Positions 8,843 to 15,683 of a stretch of 61,354 nt of DNA are shown here, in pieces. This DNA is from an uncultured bacterium (GTDB lineage: Bacteria; Patescibacteriota; Minisyncoccia; Phycocordibacterales; PALSA-1337). The notes beneath the pieces were generated by a model. That model had not been told where the DNA came from, ran no database searches, and saw only the letters and a list, made by a program, of their open reading frames with translations. Location: contig CAIUOX010000033.1 of the NCBI GenBank assembly GCA_903900935.1, positions 1 to 61,354 on the forward strand. The letters run 5' to 3'. Position numbers and translations under genes: made by a program. Numbering within the stretch: position 1 is the stretch's first letter; every line of letters starts with the position of its first letter.

Positions 8843-9301
8843 TCAGTGTGCGACGCACGGTGCATACCGTCGTTGGATGTAGTTGTCCGTTGAACGTCCT
8901 GGACGAACATGACGATGCTTTCGTATTTGGCGCTTGAGCCACTTTACGGCATTTCGTAGTAGTACCCACAGAGTCTCGATGAGAGACTCTGATGTTTCGT
9001 AGCCAGTATCTACGAGGAGTAAGATAAACTCACTGCGAGCTTTGCATTGTCGGAGTAATTCATCATGTTGTTTCCAAGAATCAAGAACCGCCAGCTTGAA
9101 CTTTTGTCCACCGGCCAGCTTGAGGCTAAAGGCACGATTGATTCCATTGAGACCGATAGGTCCTGTGGATATTCGCTGGTAATGCACTATCCTGAAACAT
9201 TTGCGCGGAGCGAAGATATGCCCACACTTCTTCAGAATTGTCTCGACAATGTCTGAAATCGTATTGGTAAACGATTTTTTCTTCATAAGTTTATAGAGCA
9301 C
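8843..9301 (-). mobile_element. degenerate IS5/IS4-superfamily DDE transposase remnant (152 aa, probably non-functional)
   Basis: GQKFKLAVLD resembles G.K.H.avD. LLLVDTGYETSESLIETL resembles the ADxGYDSEEN motif. LLRNAVKWLKRQIRKHR resembles YRxRNxVERxFxxLKxFR, with Lys where the catalytic Glu is expected. Far shorter than an intact transposase. Visibly higher GC than its neighbours. No clear terminal inverted repeats. Confidence 0.4.
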
Positions 9302-9471
9302 GTTCGTTCTGGAATCATTCCAGCTCGATTCAAAATATAGTCTAGCACCTTTTTTATAGAGTATCTATGATGCACCACTTGAAACATGGAACAAACTAGG
9401 TATAAGTAGGCTTTGTCCATTTGACCTTTTGATATGCTAAAATATAGCCACTAGCTTAATATTATTTTTAT

Positions 9472-10503
9472 ATGAAAAAAATACGCGTAGCAATCAATGG
9501 GTTCGGTCGCATCGGTCGCGCTTTCTTGAAAGTTGCTCGAGACCGTAGCGAGATAGAGATAGTCGCGGTGAATGATCTAGGTAGTCTCGAAAGTTTGGCA
9601 TATTTGCTCAAGTATGACACTGCATATGGTGTCAGTACATTTGATGTTTCAATCAATGAAAAAAATCATTCTCTTATTATTGATGGTGCAGAAGTGCAGT
9701 TTATCAGTGAAAAAGATCCAGCTAGGCTCCCATGGAAAGCTATGGATATTGATATTGTTGTTGAATCAACCGGTTTATTTACTTCAGGCGACAGGGCTCA
9801 AGCTCATATTGTTGCTGGTGCCAAGCGTGTTGTTGTCTCGGCCCCAACCAATGATGCAGTAGATGCTGTGGTAAAAAGTGAGATTATCCTCATGTCCATG
9901 AATGAAGATAAACTTGAAACCTGCAGGATTTCTTCAAATGCTTCATGCACAACAAATGCAGGTAGTCCGCTTATTGCTATTCTTGATGAAACACTAGGTA
10001 TTGAAAAAGCACTTCTAAATACTATTCATGCCTATACAGCCTCACAGGCTCTTGTTGATGGTCCATCAAAGAAAGATCTCCGTGAAGGTCGTGCTGCTGC
10101 ACAAAATATGGTTCCTTCATCAACTGGTGCAGCAATTGCCGTTACGAAGATTATTCCAAAGCTAGAAGGTAAGTTCGATGGTATTTCGATTCGTGTTCCT
10201 ATTATCACTGGTTCTATCGTAGATATTACATTCGTTTCAAAGAAAGAAACAACTGCCGAAGAAGTAAATAGTATTCTCAAGAAGGCTTCAATACAGGATC
10301 GTTGGAGAAATATTTTCACAGTCACAGAAGAACCACTCGTTTCCCATGACATTGTAGGCAATCGTCATGCTTCTATCGCTGATCTTGAAATGACACGCGT
10401 TGTTGGTGGTAATTTGGTCAAGGTTTTGGCATGGTATGACAATGAAATGGGGTATACGTATACTTTAGTTGAGCATGTGATCAAGGCGGGGAGGTTGGTG
10501 TAA
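9472..10503 (+). CDS. gap: type I glyceraldehyde-3-phosphate dehydrogenase
   Basis: INGFGRIGR, the catalytic SNASCTTN, and WYDNEMGY at the C-terminus. Confidence 0.95.
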   Translation: MKKIRVAINGFGRIGRAFLKVARDRSEIEIVAVNDLGSLESLAYLLKYDTAYGVSTFDVSINEKNHSLIIDGAEVQFISEKDPARLPWKAMDIDIVVESTGLFTSGDRAQAHIVAGAKRVVVSAPTNDAVDAVVKSEIILMSMNEDKLETCRISSNASCTTNAGSPLIAILDETLGIEKALLNTIHAYTASQALVDGPSKKDLREGRAAAQNMVPSSTGAAIAVTKIIPKLEGKFDGISIRVPIITGSIVDITFVSKKETTAEEVNSILKKASIQDRWRNIFTVTEEPLVSHDIVGNRHASIADLEMTRVVGGNLVKVLAWYDNEMGYTYTLVEHVIKAGRLV

Positions 10504-10711
10504 AAACATGAAAAAAACTATAAAAATAATGGAGTAACGACATTGGAAGTTATTTATAATCCAGGAGCTCCAGCCCCATGGGTCATAAATTCTCAAGGTA
10601 TTAGTGAGCATTATCCCTCAGTTGATCAAACGGTTAAGTCGTTTAAATATATAACAGAATAATATTGTATCAATATAAATCTTCATCAGTTTTTTATTTC
10701 ACTTTGGTACA

Positions 10712-10741
10712 GTTTTGTGATTATTAGTTTAATCACAAAAC
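10712..10741 (+). promoter_or_regulatory. perfect 12-bp inverted repeat abutting the start codon of the MazF-like gene (operator or RBS-sequestering hairpin)
   Basis: GTTTTGTGATTA (10712-10723), TTAGTT spacer, TAATCACAAAAC (10730-10741). ATG at 10743. Confidence 0.45.
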
Positions 10742-10742
10742 T

Positions 10743-11123
10743 ATGAATAAGAATTTTATATTATGGCACAGTAAGAAGAGTGAGTTGCACAAATACAAAG
10801 AACGGCCATTTTTTCATGAACGTGAGGTGTGGTTTACTTCTGTTGGGGCAAATATTGGTTTTGAAAGTGATGGGAAAGGGGATGAATCTATTGTTATATT
10901 AAAGAAATTTAATAATGAGACATTGTGGGGTAGTATTCTTACATCAACGAAAAAGTTTGGTATATATTATTTCACATTTAGACATGGTGAGAATTGAATA
11001 AGTACCGCAAATTTATCTCAACTTAGATTGGTGGATAGTAAAAGGCTTGAATACCAAGCTGGTTCAATATCTGAGAAAGATTTTATTGAACTAAAAAAGC
11101 GCATCATCTCTTTAATTGGATAA
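10743..11123 (+). pseudogene. PemK/MazF-family toxin-like gene interrupted by an in-frame TGA
   Basis: ORF 10743..10997 carries FFHEREVWFTSVGANIGFESDGKGDE (compare EIWW..LG.NIG.E..GK of a MazF/PemK subfamily). After the TGA at 10995-10997 the same frame continues ISTANLSQLRLVDSKRL...IELKKRIISLIG to a TAA at 11121-11123, matching the family C-terminus. The conserved F.RPV segment after GK... also appears to be deleted. Confidence 0.6.
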
Positions 11124-11241
11124 TACGTTTTTGATATTAACCTCTTGCGGGGAGGGCCGAAGCCATAAGAGTTAAATTGTATGCCCCTAAAATGTAAAAG
11201 TCAATTCTGTAAGCACGCTTCCACAAATTCTTACTTGGCGC

Positions 11242-11247
11242 TATAAT
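11242..11247 (+). promoter_or_regulatory. -10 box TATAAT, 6 nt before the rpiB ATG (leaderless-type)
   Basis: TATAAT at 11242-11247; ATG at 11254. Confidence 0.45.
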
Positions 11248-11253
11248 TCTACT

Positions 11254-11715
11254 ATGAAAACCCAAACCATCATTCTCGCCTCAGACCATGCTGGCTTTGC
11301 ACTCAAAGAAGCCGTGAAGTCATTCTTGCAAGAAAAAAAGTACACCGTGCTTGATGTCGGTGCGCATGAACTCATTCCTGGTGATGATTATCCAATCTTC
11401 ATGTCAGCAGCTGCTCTCAAAGTCGCCCAAGATTTGAAAGGTGAGACCAAGGCTATTATATTCGGCGCATCAGGACAAGGTGAAGCTATTGTTGCAAATC
11501 GTTTTCCTGGAGTGCGTGCTGTAGTTTGGTATGGTGGTGATCAGGAAGTGCTAAGAAAGACTCGTGAACACAATGATGCGAATATTTTAGCAATTGGTGC
11601 AGTATATGTTGAACAAGATGCTACTTGCGATGCTGTTGAATCATGGTTAACAACTCCATTTAGTGGAGATGAAAGGCATCAGAGGAGGATTGAACAGATT
11701 GATACTATTGAATAA
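11254..11715 (+). CDS. rpiB: ribose-5-phosphate isomerase B (RpiB/LacA/LacB family)
   Basis: IILASDHAGFALKE at the N-terminus and GQGEAIVANR; family-typical length. Confidence 0.85.
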   Translation: MKTQTIILASDHAGFALKEAVKSFLQEKKYTVLDVGAHELIPGDDYPIFMSAAALKVAQDLKGETKAIIFGASGQGEAIVANRFPGVRAVVWYGGDQEVLRKTREHNDANILAIGAVYVEQDATCDAVESWLTTPFSGDERHQRRIEQIDTIE

Positions 11716-11718
11716 TAT

Positions 11719-12402
11719 ATGAAAGTAGACATCATTCCCGCAATACTACCAAAAGATTTTGCTGAACTTGAAGAAAAGATCAGTTTGGTCAGAGATTTCG
11801 TAAAAACAGTGCAGATTGATGTCTGTGACGGACAATTCACACCTGCTCCGTCGTGGCCATATAAGAAGCGCGACGATACATTTGAAAAGATGCTTACCGA
11901 AGAAGAAGGTTTGCCTTGCTGGGAGAAATTGAATTTTGAGATAGATCTTATGGTAAATAAGCCAGAGACCGTCGTTGAGGATTGGGTGCGTGCAGGTGCG
12001 ACTCGTATCATTATTCATGCGGAAGCGATCGGTAGTGTTACTGAAGCAGTTGATATGTTGGCTGGTAGAGTTGAGGTTGGTTTGGCTTTGAATATTGATA
12101 CACCGATAGATGCTATTGAACATTACAAAAAGAAGATTCAATTTGTGCAGTGCATGGGAATTGCTCATATTGGATTTCAGGGACAAGATTTTGATAATCG
12201 AGTTGTTGAAAAAGTTCAATCTATCAAAGCAATGTATCCAGCAATGATTGTTTCTGTTGACGGTGGCGTATCTCTTGAGACTGCACCTTTTCTTATAAAA
12301 GCTGGAGCTGATCGTTTGATTGTTGGCTCCGCCATATTCAACAGTGACAATTTTATTGATGCTATTGATCAATTCAAGAAATTACCGTATTTACAAGAGT
12401 AA
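11719..12402 (+). CDS. rpe: ribulose-phosphate 3-epimerase family protein (divergent)
   Basis: IIPAIL..DF, IDVCDGQF, DLMV, VDGGV and VGSAIF motifs follow the Rpe TIM-barrel pattern, with an extra insert after the first metal-binding region. Confidence 0.7.
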   Translation: MKVDIIPAILPKDFAELEEKISLVRDFVKTVQIDVCDGQFTPAPSWPYKKRDDTFEKMLTEEEGLPCWEKLNFEIDLMVNKPETVVEDWVRAGATRIIIHAEAIGSVTEAVDMLAGRVEVGLALNIDTPIDAIEHYKKKIQFVQCMGIAHIGFQGQDFDNRVVEKVQSIKAMYPAMIVSVDGGVSLETAPFLIKAGADRLIVGSAIFNSDNFIDAIDQFKKLPYLQE

Positions 12403-12469
12403 TGTGGATTCGTGTTCCATCTCCGCACATAGTTCCTCTCCGTCGTCTGCGGGTGCTGATCGCTGGCTA

Positions 12470-12512
12470 CCCCTCCTTGACGCACTACAGCGAGTTGTGC
12501 GTCAAGGAGGGG
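12470..12512. repeat. GC-rich perfect 16-bp hairpin inside a GC-rich intergenic island
   Basis: CCCCTCCTTGACGCAC (12470-12485), 11-nt loop, GTGCGTCAAGGAGGGG (12497-12512). No U-tract on either strand. Confidence 0.6.
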
Positions 12513-12561
12513 CTGAATTAAAGTTGTAAACATCTATAATTCTCTCACTATAGATTCTCCA

Positions 12562-12570
12562 TGGTATAAT
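12562..12570 (+). promoter_or_regulatory. extended -10 (TGGTATAAT), 8 nt before the transketolase ATG
   Basis: TGnTATAAT at 12562-12570; ATG at 12579. Confidence 0.5.
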
Positions 12571-12578
12571 TTCTACAA

Positions 12579-13451
12579 ATGTCTCTCACTCCAGAAAAAA
12601 CAGTATTGCTTGAATCAAAAGCTCGCGATATTCGTCGATCTATTGTTGAAATGTTGATTGAGGCAAAATCTGGTCATACTGCTGGTCCGCTCGATATGGC
12701 AGATATTTTTACGTATTTATATTTTCATGCACTTAAACATGATCCAAAGAATCCTTCATGGGAATATCGTGATCATTTGATACTTTCCAATGGTCATATT
12801 TGCCCTGTTTTGTATGCGACAATGGCGTATGCTGGTTATTTTCCAGTGGAAGAATTAAAGACGCTCCGCAAATTTGGTTCACGTCTTCAGGGGCATCCAC
12901 ATCGCGAATGGTTGCCTATGCTTGAAACGTCTTCTGGTCCTCTTGGATGTGGAATCGCGCAGACAGTCGGTATGGCGCTTGCTGATCGCATCAACAATGG
13001 TAGATCATCTTCAAAACAATTCTACTGCCTTGTTGGTGATGGTGAATTGGATGAAGGAAATAATTGGGAGGCTATAATGCTTGCTGGAAAAGAGAAGATT
13101 CAAAATCTTACGGTCATTGTCGATCGCAACAATATTCAGATTGACGGCTTCACTGAAGATGTGATGCCACTCAATCCTCTCGTTGATAAGTGGCGCTCAT
13201 TCAACTGGCATGTGCAAGAGATAAATGGTCATGATTTTCGTGATATTGATCGTGCGGTCGGTGAAGCAAAATCAGTATTTGATAAGCCATCCGTGATTAT
13301 TGCTTATACGATTCCGTCGAAGGGCATTCCTGAATTTGAACGCAAGTTTGAATGGCATGGTAAGCCACCAACGACGCCTGAAGAGATCAAGAGCGCATTG
13401 GATGCTGTGCGAACGTTGGGTGGTAGAGTTACCAATTCAGATCATAGTTAA
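12579..13451 (+). CDS. transketolase, N-terminal (thiamine-diphosphate-binding) subunit
   Basis: SGHTAGPLDMADI, LSNGH and GDGELDEGNNWEA motifs; split-type Tkt. Confidence 0.9.
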   Translation: MSLTPEKTVLLESKARDIRRSIVEMLIEAKSGHTAGPLDMADIFTYLYFHALKHDPKNPSWEYRDHLILSNGHICPVLYATMAYAGYFPVEELKTLRKFGSRLQGHPHREWLPMLETSSGPLGCGIAQTVGMALADRINNGRSSSKQFYCLVGDGELDEGNNWEAIMLAGKEKIQNLTVIVDRNNIQIDGFTEDVMPLNPLVDKWRSFNWHVQEINGHDFRDIDRAVGEAKSVFDKPSVIIAYTIPSKGIPEFERKFEWHGKPPTTPEEIKSALDAVRTLGGRVTNSDHS

Positions 13452-13484
13452 CAAGCTATTATTACTATTAATAACCATAATAAT

Positions 13485-13742
13485 ATGAGACCACTTGAAA
13501 TTGTGCTTAAGTTTTGTTTCCTTATTCTAGCTATAGTTCTTATTGCTACGAGTGATGTTATCAGCTTGGGATTTTGGTCGTTCCTTATCATCAGTTTTGC
13601 GCTTGGTGTTGTGCTCGTGGTAAATAAAAAGCCAAGCTATAAGAATGCAAATGCCAAAAGTGATTTTAAGATTCGAAAAGTAGAAGGAATAATATTGGTT
13701 GCTTTTGCAGTTATTAGTTTGGGACTTTTGAATACACTTTAA
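13485..13742 (+). CDS. small hypothetical membrane protein (85 aa, about 3 TM) between the two transketolase subunits
   Basis: Hydrophobic segments LKFCFLILAIVLIA, FWSFLIISFALGVVLVV and IILVAFAVISLGLL. No known family. Confidence 0.4.
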   Translation: MRPLEIVLKFCFLILAIVLIATSDVISLGFWSFLIISFALGVVLVVNKKPSYKNANAKSDFKIRKVEGIILVAFAVISLGLLNTL

Positions 13743-13748
13743 GACAAT

Positions 13749-14771
13749 ATGCTCAACCCATCTCAACAACTCAATCCGAAAATCTTTGACTCAGATGTCG
13801 AACAAGTTTCTATTCGCAAAGGTTTTGGCGAAGGGTTATTGAAAGCTGCTCAAATGGACAAAAATGTTGTTGGTTTATGTGCTGATTTGATTGATTCAAC
13901 TATGATGACTGGATTCAAGCAGATGTTTCCTGACCGATTCATAGAAATAGGTATTGCTGAACAAAATCTTGCAGGAGTTGCTTCAGGCATGGCCACTATG
14001 GGCAAGATTCCATTTATGACTTCGTATGCAATGTTTAGTCCTGGCAGAAATTGGGAACAGATACGTACGACGATTGCTTATAATAATGTGCCTGTAAAAA
14101 TTGTCGGTTCTCATGCTGGAGTTTCGGTAGGTCCTGATGGTGGAACACATCAAGCTATTGAAGATATTGCTTTGATGCGTGTCATTCCTAGGATGGTCGT
14201 TATTTCTCCATGCGATGCTATTGAGGCATGCAAAGCTACAATTGCCATAGCACAGACACAAGACCCGACGTATATTCGTCTTATTCGTGGAAAAACACCA
14301 ATCATAACCACTGACGATACTCCATTTGAGATAGGAAAGGCACAAATAATGTTCAAGTCTATGCCTGCGCATGCGGGGCAGGAAGGTCAAGATTCAAATT
14401 TCAATGTTGGAATCATTGCTACTGGCGCATTACTTCATACAGCACTAAAAGTTGCCCAAAAGCTTGAAGCAGAAGGAAAAAAAGTGATAGTTATGAATCT
14501 TGCAACAATCAAGCCACTCGATACTGATGCAATTATTCAGCTCGCCAATCAAGCTGGCGCCATTGTTACAGTTGAGGAACATCAGATTGCTGGAGGTATG
14601 GGTTCAGCTATTGCAGAATGTATTGCGAGCCACAAGCCAGTACCAATAGAATTTATTGGTGTTAAAGATCAGTTTGGACAGTCAGGAACTCCTGATGAAT
14701 TGATTGAGCATTATGGTATGGGTGAAAAAGATATATATGTAGCCGCTTGTAAGGTTATGTTAAGAAAATAA
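13749..14771 (+). CDS. transketolase, C-terminal (pyrimidine-binding plus C-terminal domain) subunit
   Basis: IGIAEQN, GPDGGTHQAIEDIALMR and FGQSG motifs. Confidence 0.9.
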   Translation: MLNPSQQLNPKIFDSDVEQVSIRKGFGEGLLKAAQMDKNVVGLCADLIDSTMMTGFKQMFPDRFIEIGIAEQNLAGVASGMATMGKIPFMTSYAMFSPGRNWEQIRTTIAYNNVPVKIVGSHAGVSVGPDGGTHQAIEDIALMRVIPRMVVISPCDAIEACKATIAIAQTQDPTYIRLIRGKTPIITTDDTPFEIGKAQIMFKSMPAHAGQEGQDSNFNVGIIATGALLHTALKVAQKLEAEGKKVIVMNLATIKPLDTDAIIQLANQAGAIVTVEEHQIAGGMGSAIAECIASHKPVPIEFIGVKDQFGQSGTPDELIEHYGMGEKDIYVAACKVMLRK

Positions 14772-14886
14772 GTATAAGCATTTGTATTGCTCGCACTATT
14801 GCAATTATTATTTTTTCGTGGTTAAATCATCTTTGATTGTTCTAACAAAATCCAAAACACAAAACAAAACATAGGAGTCATTCATT

Positions 14887-15585
14887 ATGGAAACCGAAAC
14901 ATTGATATTGAAAGAAATCCAAGTTCCACTGACGGCCAGCCAATTTTTGGCCAAATACATCATTGAATCACCAGATACGCGCGCAACTTTGCTCACGGAA
15001 TTCCTGGAACCATATCCTCGCCTTTCCGCCACGGATGCTCATATGATGATCAGGGCCATTATCAGAGATGAATGGGTTGGACCTTCGGCAGTTGCCAAAT
15101 TGGCGCTCGCCGATATTCTCTGCAAATTTCCTGTTCCGGCTGATGCGACCTTCGTCGAGCTGTACAAGCTTTATACTCTGTTGCATTATCGTCTTTATCA
15201 CCAAGGTATCCACACGTACCTATTTGGTTTGAACCAGGACAAGGACAATTATGGCTTCAATAGCGCGCTTTGTCGCGCGCTCAAGACACCATCTGTTCCG
15301 GATGGTATCGAGGCTGGATCCAACGTTCAGCTTCACCGTTTGGTCGAAGCGTCCCAGATTCCCGGCGCATCGATTTTTGAGCTCCTTGTGATGTTGGGCT
15401 ACGTGGTTGGCTCCTGTGTCTCCACTTATTACCAGACATCGCTCTTCAAACAGATTCGTCGCGGTTATTCGGTGGATGAAATTTCCCGCATCGTGAATGT
15501 GTTCATCAACAATCAAGTTCTTTTGACCCCAAAGATGTTCAAATGTTTTGTGGAGTCGCGCATCATCGAACCGCTCAACTACTGA
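14887..15585 (+). CDS. hypothetical protein (232 aa), compositionally atypical, likely acquired
   Basis: Visibly GC-richer than flanking genes. Preceded by a clear Shine-Dalgarno AGGAG (about 14873), unlike most genes here, and followed by a canonical terminator. No recognisable motif. Confidence 0.55.
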   Translation: METETLILKEIQVPLTASQFLAKYIIESPDTRATLLTEFLEPYPRLSATDAHMMIRAIIRDEWVGPSAVAKLALADILCKFPVPADATFVELYKLYTLLHYRLYHQGIHTYLFGLNQDKDNYGFNSALCRALKTPSVPDGIEAGSNVQLHRLVEASQIPGASIFELLVMLGYVVGSCVSTYYQTSLFKQIRRGYSVDEISRIVNVFINNQVLLTPKMFKCFVESRIIEPLNY

Positions 15586-15613
15586 TCACGGATCGAGTGG
15601 TCTTGGTTTCAAG

Positions 15614-15644
15614 CGTCCCTCTGGCAACAGAGTGACGTTTTTTT
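15614..15644 (+). terminator. rho-independent terminator
   Basis: CGTCCCTCTG-GCAA-CAGAGTGACG (one mismatch) followed by TTTTTTT. Confidence 0.7.
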
Positions 15645-15676
15645 ATATATAAATTCCATAACTTTCAAAAACACGC

Positions 15677-15682
15677 TATAGT
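15677..15682 (+). promoter_or_regulatory. -10 box TATAGT, 7 nt before the second ATG (15690) of uvrB
   Basis: TATAGT at 15677-15682. ATG at 15690 (MSNQLF...) fits the leaderless spacing better than the ATG at 15684. Confidence 0.4.
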
Positions 15683-15683
15683 A

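Noticed and set aside
10504-10742. Possible antitoxin or other small gene in the 239-nt gap upstream of the MazF-like gene (MKKTIKIME stop; LEVIYNPGAPAPWVINSQGISEHYPSVDQTVKSFKYITE in another frame).
   Set aside because: The pieces are in different frames, lack a proper start, and have no recognisable antitoxin (HTH, RHH or AbrB) motif. The evidence is insufficient to call a gene or pseudogene.
10995-10997. An in-frame TGA in the MazF-like gene could indicate an alternative genetic code (UGA as a sense codon, codes 4/25, as in some CPR lineages).
   Set aside because: All the long conserved genes (uvrA, leuS, dnaK, uvrB, alaS and others) are uninterrupted under the standard code. TGA also terminates several well-defined genes at sensible positions, including pgl at 4060-4062, the helicase at 54890-54892 and the ORF ending at 15585. 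A single nonsense mutation or pseudogene is the simpler explanation.
11746-12372. Long antisense ORFs in the ORF track, for example 11746..12372(-) 208 aa, 50094..50672(-) 192 aa, 20730..21287(-) 185 aa, 13983..14390(-), 55515..55940(-) and 29638..30045(-).
   Set aside because: Each lies entirely opposite a strongly conserved gene (rpe, rpoA, uvrA, tkt, dnaK, ychF). Their translations are low-complexity, Ser/Ile/Cys-rich and motif-free. No promoter or terminator signals accompany them. These are typical shadow ORFs of AT-rich genomes.
12403-12530. Considered whether the GC-rich island is an SRP (4.5S) RNA, a tRNA-like element or another known ncRNA.
   Set aside because: The conserved SRP domain-IV sequence (GGAA tetraloop context with AGCAGC/GGAAG motifs) is absent. 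No cloverleaf can be drawn. It is kept as an unclassified structured element in the findings instead.
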